A stretch of 64,000 nt of DNA from an uncultured Lachnospiraceae bacterium (GCA_910586555.1 CAJUJY010000004.1:12112-76111), one strand, 5' to 3'; positions 36,755-45,715 are shown, numbered from the stretch's first letter. The notes: generated from the sequence alone by a model not told the origin. Program-made: numbers and translations.

Positions 36755-38155
36755 TTATTTATAATCTGATAAATTTATTACCTTAGCCCCGCTTTTTCTG
36801 GCTGTATTATTCTTTTTATCTTCTTTGGCTGCACTTACACCTGCTGGTTTTGTTTCCTCTGTCTTCTGCCCGTTTTGCTTTTTCTCCATTTCCTGCCCGT
36901 CTGTGGCAGCAGATAAATCAAAAAAATGGTCAAGCTTTGCCAGGTTTTCATCTTTTAAATCCGTTTTAAGTGTTACTGCTTTCCTTGCTTCTTTGCGTTT
37001 CCTTGCTTCTTCTGCTATTCTTTCAAGTTCAGCTTCTTTCTCTTCCATTTCCCTTATCCGGCGTGCACGTTCTGTTGCACGCTGTTTATTTTCAAGTTCC
37101 CTTTTAAGCAGTTCTTCTTTAATTTGTGCACGTGATTTTTTAGAAGCACCAGATTTTGCCCTTCTTGCCTTTTCTTCCTGCCTTGCCTTTTCTATCCTTA
37201 ACCATCTTTGGTAGGCTTCCCAGTCAAATATTTCTTCAATGGAAGCAATGGCAACTTCTATCATTTTATCATCAGGTTCCCTGGTAGTTATTCTTTGAAG
37301 CAATATTCCCGGCATACTTAAAAATGTAATTATTTTATTATCCCTGCTTCCTGCAAAAAGTATAAATTCATAAGAAACCCCTGCAATTACAGGCACAAGC
37401 AGAAAACGTGACAGTATGCGCAGCCATATATTTTCAAAGTGTATAAACATAAAACATACAATGCTTATAAATACTACAATAAAAATAAAACTTGTACCAC
37501 ACCTTTTATGGTGTTTTGACTGTTTACGTACATTTTCTACGGTAAGTTCAAGCCCGTTTTCCACGCAGTTTATGGATTTATGTTCTGCACCGTGGTACAT
37601 AAGCACCCTTTTTACATCTGGCACCATTGAAACCATAAGTATATATCCCATAAACAAAACAATGCGCATAACCCCCTCTGCTATGGAAAGCAGGGCAGGT
37701 GAAGTAATTAAGGGGTTTAAAAGCTGTGATAAAAAAAATGGCAGCACTATAAATATAACTGTTGCCATTATCACTGGAAAAGCAACAGCCAGTATAACCC
37801 CCAGGTTGTTTTTGCCTCCATTATCCTGTTTTTGTTCTATATTATTGCCATTATTATTATCTGTGTTATTTATGGCATTATTCTTTACCATGTCTGCCTT
37901 ATCTTCTTCCTCTTCAATGAAATCAGCAGAATATGTAAGTGTTTTAGCACCCAATATTAATGTATTGATAAAACTTGTTATCCCTCTTATTATAGGCAGC
38001 CTTAAAAAAACTGGCCTGTCAGATATGCTTTTGCATTTGCCATGAATAACATTAATACCACCATCAGGCTTTCTGACTGCAACAGAATAATTGGATTTAT
38101 ACTTCATCATTACTCCTTCTAATACAGCCTGGCCTCCAATTTGCGATGGTTTCAT
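36755..38155 (-). CDS. DUF1385 (YqhQ-like) membrane protein with a ~165-aa K/E/R-rich C-terminal extension
   Basis: MKPSQIGGQAVLEGVMM... and YHGAEHK are DUF1385 hallmarks. It is followed by EKARQEEKARRAK...REMEEKEAELERIAEEARKRKEARK. It sits in the conserved position after prmC. Confidence 0.8.
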   Translation of the reverse strand: MKPSQIGGQAVLEGVMMKYKSNYSVAVRKPDGGINVIHGKCKSISDRPVFLRLPIIRGITSFINTLILGAKTLTYSADFIEEEEDKADMVKNNAINNTDNNNGNNIEQKQDNGGKNNLGVILAVAFPVIMATVIFIVLPFFLSQLLNPLITSPALLSIAEGVMRIVLFMGYILMVSMVPDVKRVLMYHGAEHKSINCVENGLELTVENVRKQSKHHKRCGTSFIFIVVFISIVCFMFIHFENIWLRILSRFLLVPVIAGVSYEFILFAGSRDNKIITFLSMPGILLQRITTREPDDKMIEVAIASIEEIFDWEAYQRWLRIEKARQEEKARRAKSGASKKSRAQIKEELLKRELENKQRATERARRIREMEEKEAELERIAEEARKRKEARKAVTLKTDLKDENLAKLDHFFDLSAATDGQEMEKKQNGQKTEETKPAGVSAAKEDKKNNTARKSGAKVINLSDYK

Positions 38156-38207
38156 AACATTCCTCCATTCAATGATAAACGGTAAACAAATAATATTTAT
38201 TAACAAG

Positions 38208-38252
38208 GTAAAAATGGCTACAACATCCGCCTGACGGGTGCTGCAGCCATTT
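38208..38252 (-). terminator. Rho-independent terminator of rpmE
   Basis: The minus-strand RNA AAUGGCUGCAGCACCC..GGCGGAUGUUGUAGCCAUU forms a stem of ~13 bp. Its two non-Watson-Crick positions are G-U only on this strand. The stem is followed by UUUUACC. Confidence 0.7.
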
Positions 38253-38273
38253 ATAATGCCGGCAGGCCGGCTT

Positions 38274-38480
38274 TTAATCAGCCTTTATGCCGTACTTACG
38301 GTTGAACTTGTCAATCGCACCACGGGCCTGTACATTCTTCTGCTGGCCTGTGTAGAAAGAATGGCATTTTGAGCAGATTTCTACATGTATCTCTTCCTTT
38401 GTAGAACCTGTTACAAATTCGTTGCCACAGTTACATACAACTTTTGCCTGGTAATAATTTGGATGAATTCCTTCTTTCAT
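38274..38480 (-). CDS. rpmE: 50S ribosomal protein L31 (Cys-containing type A)
   Basis: [10 protein letters not shown]...CNCGNEF...[10 protein letters not shown]. Confidence 0.95.
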   Translation of the reverse strand: MKEGIHPNYYQAKVVCNCGNEFVTGSTKEEIHVEICSKCHSFYTGQQKNVQARGAIDKFNRKYGIKAD

Positions 38481-38583
38481 TATTATAGCCTCCATTCTGC
38501 CGCCGCTATTTATAAATTGTTCCTGGCAGCCCGCCGCTTAAAATAAGGGGGACTGCTGTTTTATATCAAAAAACAACTCCCTA

Positions 38584-38612
38584 AGTATAGCATACAAAAT
38601 ATCTTAATGCAA
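38584..38612 (-). promoter_or_regulatory. Sigma-A type promoter of rpmE with a ~100-nt GC-rich leader
   Basis: On the minus strand: TTGCAT (38607-38612), 17 nt, then TATACT (38584-38589). The leader contains GCGGCGGGCUGCC / GGCGGCAG complementary segments. Confidence 0.55.
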
Positions 38613-38630
38613 TATTTTTCTATTGAAATT

Positions 38631-40124
38631 CTACACAATTTTTATTTTCTTTATTGTGTGGATAAACTCCATATTGCTTTTAGTCCTGCGGAAAGTATCA
38701 ATAATATGCTCTACTGCTTCATCTGCCCTGCTGCCGTTAAAGGCTTTCCTTATAAGGAAATTTGCTTCTATCTCGTCCTGTGTAAGTAAAAGGTCATCAC
38801 GCCTTGTACTGGACTTTGGCAGGTCAATAGCAGGAAATACACGTTTTTCAGAAAGCTTTCTGTCAAGGACTATCTCCATATTGCCAGTGCCCTTAAACTC
38901 TTCAAATACAACATCATCCATTTTGCTGCCAGTATCAACAAGTGCTGTTGCAAGTATTGTAAGGCTTCCTCCTTCACGCATATTCCTTGCTGCACCGAAA
39001 AACCTTTTTGGCATATGGAGCGCAGCAGGGTCAAGCCCTCCTGACAATGTACGCCCGCTAGGCTGTACAGTAAGGTTGTATGCCCTTGCAAGCCTTGTAA
39101 TGCTGTCAAGCAGTATCATAACATCTTCACCATGTTCAACAAGGCGTTTTGCCCTTTCAATAACCATTTCTGACACCCTTTTATGGTTTTCAGGAAGTTC
39201 ATCAAATGTTGAATATATTACATCTACATTATTTCCCATAATAGACTCTTTTATATCTGTAACTTCCTCTGGACGTTCATCAATAAGAAGCACAATAAGG
39301 TGCATCTTTGGATGGTTTGTTTTAACAGCCTTTGCAACCTGCTTTAATAGTGTGGTTTTGCCAGTCTTTGGCTGTGATACAATCATGCCGCGCTGTCCTT
39401 TGCCAATAGGTGAAATTAAATCCATCATACGCATGGAAACAGGCCCTCCCTGGATTTCAAGCCTTATCCTTTCATTAGGGAATATTGGTGTAAGCTGTTC
39501 AAACTTAACCCTGCGTATAATCCTGTCAGGATTAACACCATTTACTGTACGGATATATAAAAGTGCACCAAATTTTTCATTCTGGTTACGTACCCTTACA
39601 TTGCCCTTAAGTATATCCCCTGTACGGAGATGGTACTTTCTTATAAGCGCTGGCGAAACATAGACATCTTCATCACCTGGAAGGTAATTATCACACCTTA
39701 TAAAGCCATACCCCTCCTGCATAACTTCAAGTATGCCTTCACGCACTTCACCACTGTCAAGCTGTTCCATATCACTTGGCTGTATGCCATTCTGGTCATT
39801 CCTGTTATTATTATTGCTATTACTGCTATTGTTATTATTGCTGCTGCCACTGTTTTTAGCTGTACCCCTGTTACGTTCAGCCCTTCTTGTCTTCTCCTCT
39901 TCATTCTCTGTCCTGTTGTCTTTAGGTGCTTTTTTTGCTGCCTTATTATTTCTGTCACTACTTCCAGGCTCTTCTGTAAGCGTGCCATTATTACTGCTAT
40001 TCTTTGCCATTTCAAGAATTTTTTCAAGAAGTTCCTGCTTTTTGTATGTAGTTACATTCTTTATGCCCAGTTTCTTCCCTTCAATACGCAATTCTACAAG
40101 TGACATTTTCCCAAAATCTGACAT
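38631..40124 (-). CDS. rho: Transcription termination factor Rho with an Asn-rich N-terminal insertion
   Basis: Rho N-terminal domain, RNA-binding CSD-like region, Walker A (PKTGKTTLL), and Q and R loops. An insert of ~70 aa includes NSGSSNNNNSSNSNNNNRNDQNG. Confidence 0.95.
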   Translation of the reverse strand: MSDFGKMSLVELRIEGKKLGIKNVTTYKKQELLEKILEMAKNSSNNGTLTEEPGSSDRNNKAAKKAPKDNRTENEEEKTRRAERNRGTAKNSGSSNNNNSSNSNNNNRNDQNGIQPSDMEQLDSGEVREGILEVMQEGYGFIRCDNYLPGDEDVYVSPALIRKYHLRTGDILKGNVRVRNQNEKFGALLYIRTVNGVNPDRIIRRVKFEQLTPIFPNERIRLEIQGGPVSMRMMDLISPIGKGQRGMIVSQPKTGKTTLLKQVAKAVKTNHPKMHLIVLLIDERPEEVTDIKESIMGNNVDVIYSTFDELPENHKRVSEMVIERAKRLVEHGEDVMILLDSITRLARAYNLTVQPSGRTLSGGLDPAALHMPKRFFGAARNMREGGSLTILATALVDTGSKMDDVVFEEFKGTGNMEIVLDRKLSEKRVFPAIDLPKSSTRRDDLLLTQDEIEANFLIRKAFNGSRADEAVEHIIDTFRRTKSNMEFIHTIKKIKIV

Positions 40125-40344
40125 AATTAACCTCTTTCTTTTATTAGTATATATTAACCAGCAGTACTGTTACTGTGGTTGTTACCGTTGCTTACGCAAT
40201 AATAGGAATTGTATAACTCTTGAAAATTCAATAGAATTAATAGAAATAATCTATAATATCCGGATGTTAAACGTGGTACTTTAAATTTCTGCTCTTATAA
40301 ATAATATACACAATAACTTCCATATTGTAAAGTAAATTCTTACA

Positions 40345-41010
40345 TCTGTTCCAGAAATTTATAATATAAATAATAGATAATTTATAGTTATCCAAGGTTT
40401 GTTGTATATATTGTAGTCTGTGTACATGCAGCAGTTTTATATATTTTCTGTAGCAGGCACGTTCCCACTACGATAGTGCCTTTTACAGAAAATATATAAA
40501 ACTGCTTGCATGTTACTATGTTTCATTGGGAATTAAAAGTTTTCCTGTTTGTATTTTAACTTTTTGACAAAATTTTATATTTGTCTGGAAGACTTTTATG
40601 TCCCATGTAAAAAGTACTTTTCACCGTTATTAAACACTATCACATGTGCAAGTGCAGTACAATGCCATTGAACCAGGGAAATCCACAGGAAATATTTTTA
40701 TAAACTGCCAAAACGTATATTACCTGGCAAAGGCCAGATGTAATCCTAAAAGGCAACTGTACGGGGCCGCCGGCGTTTAAACCTGGTTTTAAATGCTTCA
40801 AAGAAATTTTTTCTTTGAAGCATACAGGTTTTACGCGCCGTTGCGTGAACCCGTCCAAGCGGAAGCGGGTTGCCTGTAGGATTACTTTGGACTTGCCAGG
40901 GTATAACATTCTGGTCTATTATTTAAAATAAACCGTGGATAACTATAAATTATCTTTTGTTTGCGAACAATTAAAAATTTATGCAACAGACATGGATTCT
41001 ATTATTTTTT
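40345..41010 (-). repeat. Composite ~0.67-kb repeat element E2, same family as E1 with the hairpin on the opposite strand
   Basis: TIR cores AGATAATTTATAGTTATCCAAGGTTTGTT (40375-40403) and its inverted partner at 40927-40955. Contents: a 95-nt near-perfect palindrome (40425-40519), module S (40527-40586) and the covarying hairpin (40723-40901). Boundaries are approximate. Confidence 0.8.
40723..40901 (-). ncRNA. Second copy of the candidate ~175-nt structured RNA/hairpin
   Basis: It has the same architecture as 20501-20676. The apical 13-bp stem is identical (40793-40805 / 40811-40823). Helix GTAATCCTA/TAGGATTAC replaces E1's GTGTCCCA/TGGGAGCAC, and ACCTG/CAGGT replaces GCCC/GGGC. Confidence 0.45.
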
Positions 41011-41011
41011 A

Positions 41012-41039
41012 TTGATTTTTTTATTTTGCACGTTATACT
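41012..41039 (+). promoter_or_regulatory. Putative promoter of the 179-aa hypothetical gene
   Basis: TTGATT (41012-41017), 16 nt, then TATACT (41034-41039), about 45 nt upstream of ATG 41086. Confidence 0.45.
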
Positions 41040-41085
41040 ATAAATGGATTTAGAGTAAACCAGTTTAATATCCAGGAGATAAAAT

Positions 41086-41625
41086 ATGCCAGGTAGTCCG
41101 GAATTTCCTAATATAGATATGGAATTTTATGAAACAGATACAGATATACTGCAAAACTTTATTACCACTGTAAAGACAGATGGACAGTTTACAGAAGAGT
41201 ATTTAATTTTATATGATTTTGCAACAGACTTAAAATACCAGGTATATATAAATCCTGGTTTAATTAAATACCTGTTGCCATTTTATTTAAAAACTATGGA
41301 AGAAGCAGTTGTTTTGAACAATAAAACTGCAATGGATATTTATTGTGCATTTAATGAAGCGTTGTTTTTTAACAGGCAGAATTTTATTTCTGCCATGGGA
41401 AATGAACCTTTTAATTATATAATAAATGAAAAGTACATTAAAAGCTTATTTAAAGAAACAAAAAACCTGGTATATAAGTACATTGGAAAAGAAATTGCCA
41501 GCCTTTTTTGTGAGGAAATAGATAGAAGTTTTAACACAGGTATTTTTTACAGCAGAAAAAAGGAGTTCCTGGAAAAAATAAGCAGTGCACAAAAAAAAGA
41601 GTTTTACTGGGATAATACTTTTTGA
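41086..41625 (+). CDS. Hypothetical protein (179 aa)
   Basis: An ORF with an AGGAG RBS and no recognisable motif. It is bracketed by repeat E2 on the left and multi-hairpin repeat copy B on the right. Confidence 0.6.
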   Translation: MPGSPEFPNIDMEFYETDTDILQNFITTVKTDGQFTEEYLILYDFATDLKYQVYINPGLIKYLLPFYLKTMEEAVVLNNKTAMDIYCAFNEALFFNRQNFISAMGNEPFNYIINEKYIKSLFKETKNLVYKYIGKEIASLFCEEIDRSFNTGIFYSRKKEFLEKISSAQKKEFYWDNTF

Positions 41626-41658
41626 TGTGCCCTGCTGCTTAAAAAGTCCAGGCTGTTT

Positions 41659-41841
41659 GTCAAACGGATATTCGCGATCCGCTTCGCCTGCAAGCAGGCA
41701 TTGGCTACTTGCCCACTTGCAAATCAACCTCATTGCCGCTTTGCGGCAGTCTGGCAGGAGCTTGAACTCCTGCCAGACTAAGTAAGCCCTGGTAAATCAA
41801 ACCCACCGCTTAAGAAGCGGGGACTTACTTAATGAGGTTAA
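41659..41841 (-). repeat. Multi-hairpin intergenic repeat, copy B (full length, inverted)
   Basis: Its reverse complement aligns module-for-module with copy A. It lies between the convergent 41086-41625 ORF and argG. Confidence 0.85.
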
Positions 41842-41860
41842 ACAGTTTTCCTGTAAAAAT

Positions 41861-43087
41861 TTATTTATCTTTTAACTCTGTAAATGGCCCTTGTTTCATT
41901 GCACGTACTTTTGATGAAAGCCCAAAGAGGTTTATAAAGCCTTCTGCATCTTTGTGGTTATATAATTCACCTGTTGTAAATGACGCGATTGATTCACTGT
42001 ATATTGAATATGGTGATGTTGTGCCCATTTTTATTATATTTCCCTTATAAAGCTTAAACTTTACTTCACCTGTAACATACTTCTGTGTTGACTCAATAAA
42101 TGCCTGTGCAGCTTCACGCAGAGGTGTAAACCATTTCCCCTCATATACAATATCTGCAAATTTATTGCCCATATCCTTTTTAGCTGTATATGTGTCACGG
42201 TCAAGTATTAATTCTTCAAGCTGCTGGTGTGCTTCCATAAGGATTGTCCCACCAGGTGTTTCATATACACCACGTGATTTCATGCCTACTACACGGTTTT
42301 CAACAATATCAACAATGCCAATTCCATGCTTGCCTCCAAGGCTGTTTAAGGCACGTATAATATCAGAAACTTTCATTGCCTGCCCATTAAGGGTTTTTGG
42401 AACACCTTTTTCAAATGTCATTGTAACCACTTCACCTTCATCTGGTGCATTTTCAGGCGTTGTTCCAAGTACAAGAAGATGCCCGTAATCAGGTGCATTA
42501 GCAGGGTCTTCAAGTTCTAAACCTTCATGGCTTATATGCCATAAATTCCTGTCACGGCTGTAACTGTTATCAGCAGAAAATGGAAGGTTAATCCCATGTG
42601 CCTTGCAATATTCAATTTCAGATTCGCGGGAATCAAGAGTCCATTTGTCATCCCTCCAGGCAGCAATAATCTTTAAATCAGGAGCAAGTGCCTTAATCCC
42701 AAGTTCAAAACGTACCTGGTCATTGCCCTTGCCTGTTGCACCGTGGCATATAGCACTTGCGCCTTCAATACGCGCAATTTCAACAAGCCTTTTAGCTATA
42801 AGCGGACGTGCCATAGATGTGCCAAGCAGGTATTTATTTTCATATATAGCATTAGCCTGTACACAAGGTACAATATATTCATCACAAAATTCATCTGTTA
42901 CATCTTCAATATACAACTTTGCAGCCCCGCATGCCTTTGCCCTTTCCTCAAGGCCGTCAAGTTCGCTTTCCTGTCCTACGTCAATACATACACATATAAC
43001 TTCATAATCATAATTTTCCTTTAACCATGGGATTATGGCTGTTGTGTCTAATCCGCCAGAATAAGCGAGAATAACTTTTTCTTTCAT
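41861..43087 (-). CDS. argG: Argininosuccinate synthase
   Basis: [16 protein letters not shown] (ATP PPi-loop) and a canonical ArgG body. Start at M18 of the track ORF after AGGAGG. Confidence 0.95.
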   Translation of the reverse strand: MKEKVILAYSGGLDTTAIIPWLKENYDYEVICVCIDVGQESELDGLEERAKACGAAKLYIEDVTDEFCDEYIVPCVQANAIYENKYLLGTSMARPLIAKRLVEIARIEGASAICHGATGKGNDQVRFELGIKALAPDLKIIAAWRDDKWTLDSRESEIEYCKAHGINLPFSADNSYSRDRNLWHISHEGLELEDPANAPDYGHLLVLGTTPENAPDEGEVVTMTFEKGVPKTLNGQAMKVSDIIRALNSLGGKHGIGIVDIVENRVVGMKSRGVYETPGGTILMEAHQQLEELILDRDTYTAKKDMGNKFADIVYEGKWFTPLREAAQAFIESTQKYVTGEVKFKLYKGNIIKMGTTSPYSIYSESIASFTTGELYNHKDAEGFINLFGLSSKVRAMKQGPFTELKDK

Positions 43088-43123
43088 TGTAATTCCTCCT
43101 AAAATTAAAATATTATACAGCAT

Positions 43124-43152
43124 ATTATACAGCCACATTTATATTTATGCAA
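43124..43152 (-). promoter_or_regulatory. Putative argG promoter
   Basis: On the minus strand: TTGCAT (43147-43152), 17 nt, then TATAAT (43124-43129). A second TATAAT lies at 43112-43117. Confidence 0.5.
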
Positions 43153-43281
43153 TAGCAAATTTCCCTTATTATTACCACTTTTCAAACCTTTATAACCAGT
43201 ACTGCTACTTAATAAATTAAAAAAGAACCCTGGTTAATAATATTAAAGCATACAGGTTTTTTAAAGCATAAGCAGATACAA

Positions 43282-43312
43282 AGAATATTTATTCAAAATT
43301 ATGTATATTTAT
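43282..43312. promoter_or_regulatory. Tandem ARG-box-like operator (ArgR/AhrC site)
   Basis: AGAATATTTATTCA (reverse complement TGAATAAATATTCT) at 43282-43295 and TTATGTATATTTAT at 43299-43312 are separated by 3 bp. This matches the TGAAT-N4-ATTCA ARG-box pattern. Confidence 0.5.
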
Positions 43313-43424
43313 TAATTTATCCCGTCAAACCGGTCCATAAAGCTCTTTAAAAGCAGCAGCAGCTTAAATGTGGATTGCGGATATCTATTTGACAACCAGT
43401 ACATATTGTAATTTTACAGGATTC

Positions 43425-43453
43425 TTGACACTTTCCACATGCCATGTTAAAAT
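43425..43453 (+). promoter_or_regulatory. Putative glmS promoter
   Basis: TTGACA (43425-43430), 17 nt, then TAAAAT (43448-43453), about 60 nt upstream of the ribozyme. Confidence 0.6.
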
Positions 43454-43516
43454 CTTTCAAGGAAATAAAAGACCAGGCTTTTTGTTAATTTCCTGGCAGA
43501 AATGCCATAAAACATT

Positions 43517-43715
43517 AGCGCCAGACCCTTAACATGCATTTTTAGATATTACCTGGAAGCATTGTGATACAGCCCTGCCCTTTAAACCAGTGCAGGCAGT
43601 AAGGGTGACGAGGTAAAAGGTTATCGGAATTCCGGCGGATGCCTTTTTGTATTCTTTGCATGCAGAGGTATGGGCAGACACCTGGGTAACCAGGGAACAA
43701 ATCCTGTACCAGCAA
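43517..43715 (+). ncRNA. glmS ribozyme: glmS glucosamine-6-phosphate-activated ribozyme
   Basis: It has the cleavage-site/core sequence AGCGCCAGA (43517-), then GACGAGG and GGTTATCGGAATTCCGGCGGATGCC. These match the conserved glmS ribozyme core, and it sits directly upstream of glmS. The 3' boundary is approximate. Confidence 0.85.
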
Positions 43716-43782
43716 AGGGATATTTTAATATAATATACCATATTGTAAATAACAGGCAGAAAGTGCAGAAAAGAGGTAAATT

Positions 43783-45603
43783 ATGTGCGGAATTATTGGA
43801 TTTACAGGTAATATCAATGCAAAAGAGGTATTACTACAAGGACTTAAAGCCCTTGAATACCGTGGTTATGACAGTGCCGGCATTTCTTATTTTACAGAAA
43901 GCGGCATTAAAACAATTAAAGCAGTTGGCAAGGTTTCAGGCCTTGCAGAAAAAGTTGCACTATCAGATGGTGACATACCAAAGTGCGGAATAGGCCATAC
44001 ACGGTGGGCAACACATGGCGGTGTTTCTGAAATTAACTGCCACCCTCACCATTTTGGCAAGGTAACACTTATCCATAATGGCATTATTGAAAATTACAAA
44101 GAATTACAAGAAGAACTTGCCCTTGATGGTAAAGAACCTGTTTCACAGACAGATTCAGAGATTGCTGCTATGGTGATTGATTCATGTTATAAATCAAATC
44201 CCGTAAGGGCTATTAAAAAAGCTGTTAAAAAACTACACGGTGCATATGCATTCTGTATAATGTTTGAAGACCACCCTGGAAGCATATATGCAATAAGGAA
44301 TGGCAGCCCGCTTGTTGCCACTGCTACTAAAGAAGGGGCTGTTATTGCATCAGACATGGTTGCACTTATAAAATATTCTAAAGATTATTTTGTACTGCCT
44401 GAACACCATATAGCCCACCTTACAGCAGGAAGCATTAATATTACAGACCTTGACCAGAATGAAATTGAACCGGATATGCTCCATGTAAACTGGGATATGG
44501 CAGCAGCAAGAAAAGGCGGTTATGAGTATTTTATGCTCAAAGAAATACATGAACAGCCAGAAGCACTCCATAATACAATATCACCAAGAATAAAAGACGG
44601 GCTTCCTGACTTTTCGGCAGATAATATACCTGACAGCCTGTTTGAAAATACAGACAGGATAATAATAACAGCCTGTGGTACTGCAATGCATGCAGGGCTT
44701 ATTGGCAAAAACATGATTGAAAAACTTTCAAGGGTTCCTGTTACTGTGGATATTGCTTCGGAGTTCCGTTACCAGAACCCTGTAATTGATAGCAATACAC
44801 TTGTTATAACTATATCCCAGTCAGGCGAAACCGCAGACACGCTTGCTGCATTAAGGCTTGCCAAAGAATGTGGTGCTAAAACATTGTCAATAGTTAATGT
44901 TAAGGGTTCTTCCATTGCACGTGAAAGTGATTATGTGCTTTATACACATGCAGGCCCTGAAATAGCTGTTGCAAGCACTAAAGCTTATACTGTACAGCTT
45001 GCCACAATCTATCTTTTTGCATTCAGGTTTGCACTTTTAAAAGACATTGTACCAGAAGCAGAAATAAGAAATTTAACAAGCATACTTCTGAAGATGCCTG
45101 GCTTTGTGGAAAATATGCTTTCATGTGACAAGGCTATAGAAAAAATAAGCAATAAACTTAAAAAGACTAAAAACCTTTTCTTTATCGGGCGCGGGCTTGA
45201 TTATGCACTTTCATGTGAAGGTTCAATTAAATTAAAAGAAGTAAGTTATATACATTCAGAGGCATATGCAGCAGGTGAACTTAAACATGGCACTATATCA
45301 CTTATTACAGATAATGTGCCAGTAATTGCACTTGCTACCCAGGACAATGTTTTTACTAAAATGATTTCCAATATACGGGAGGTACGTTCCCGTGGTGCAA
45401 AGGTTATAATGATTACAGGCGCTGATACAGGGGTTGATGCATCACTTTGTGACCACCTTATCACACTCCCGCCAGTAAATGATTTATTTGCGCCATTCGG
45501 GGCAGCAATAGTATTACAGTATATTGCATACTATACAGCTGTTGCAAAGGGGCTTAATGTAGACCAGCCAAGAAACCTTGCTAAATCAGTAACTGTAGAG
45601 TAA
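43783..45603 (+). CDS. glmS: Glutamine--fructose-6-phosphate aminotransferase
   Basis: MCGIIGF N-terminal nucleophile, two SIS domains and a C-terminal ...KSVTVE. Confidence 0.97.
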   Translation: MCGIIGFTGNINAKEVLLQGLKALEYRGYDSAGISYFTESGIKTIKAVGKVSGLAEKVALSDGDIPKCGIGHTRWATHGGVSEINCHPHHFGKVTLIHNGIIENYKELQEELALDGKEPVSQTDSEIAAMVIDSCYKSNPVRAIKKAVKKLHGAYAFCIMFEDHPGSIYAIRNGSPLVATATKEGAVIASDMVALIKYSKDYFVLPEHHIAHLTAGSINITDLDQNEIEPDMLHVNWDMAAARKGGYEYFMLKEIHEQPEALHNTISPRIKDGLPDFSADNIPDSLFENTDRIIITACGTAMHAGLIGKNMIEKLSRVPVTVDIASEFRYQNPVIDSNTLVITISQSGETADTLAALRLAKECGAKTLSIVNVKGSSIARESDYVLYTHAGPEIAVASTKAYTVQLATIYLFAFRFALLKDIVPEAEIRNLTSILLKMPGFVENMLSCDKAIEKISNKLKKTKNLFFIGRGLDYALSCEGSIKLKEVSYIHSEAYAAGELKHGTISLITDNVPVIALATQDNVFTKMISNIREVRSRGAKVIMITGADTGVDASLCDHLITLPPVNDLFAPFGAAIVLQYIAYYTAVAKGLNVDQPRNLAKSVTVE

Positions 45604-45619
45604 CAACAGAATAAACTGG

Positions 45620-45671
45620 CGGCTTGCCCCCCACAAAACAACCTTATTGCCACTTTGTGGCAATCTGGCAG
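45620..45671 (-). repeat. Multi-hairpin intergenic repeat, fragment E
   Basis: AACCTTATTGCCACTTTGTGGCAATCTGGCAG corresponds to AACCTCATTGCCGCTTTGCGGCAGTCTGGCAG of copy B. The small stem has changed GCCGC/GCGGC to GCCAC/GTGGC on both sides. Confidence 0.7.
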
Positions 45672-45715
45672 AATAATAAAACCCCCGCTTTTAAACGGGG
45701 GTCTTCTGGATTTTT
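45671..45715. terminator. Bidirectional terminator shared by the convergent glmS and spoIVA
   Basis: Stem ACCCCCG (45681-45687) / CGGGGGT (45696-45702). On the minus strand it is followed by TTTTATTATT; on the plus strand a T-run begins 8 nt after the stem. Confidence 0.65.

Noticed and set aside
38623-39663. 346-aa plus-strand ORF
   Set aside because: It lies entirely antisense to the strongly supported rho gene. It is Ser/Leu/Ile-rich, has no motif and no RBS, and is a typical shadow ORF.
39733-40284. 183-aa plus-strand ORF with a run of ~14 leucines
   Set aside because: The poly-Leu run is the antisense reading of the AAT/AAC (Asn) run in the rho insertion. It is an artefact of low-complexity DNA.
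40927-40955. DnaA-box-like sequence in the terminal repeats of E2 (TTATCCAC, TTATCCAAG)
   Set aside because: There are only single 7-8/9 matches. The E1 copies read TTATCTGTG. There is no cluster of boxes, no AT-rich unwinding element, no dnaA/dnaN context, and no gene-strand switch in the window. An origin is therefore not supported.
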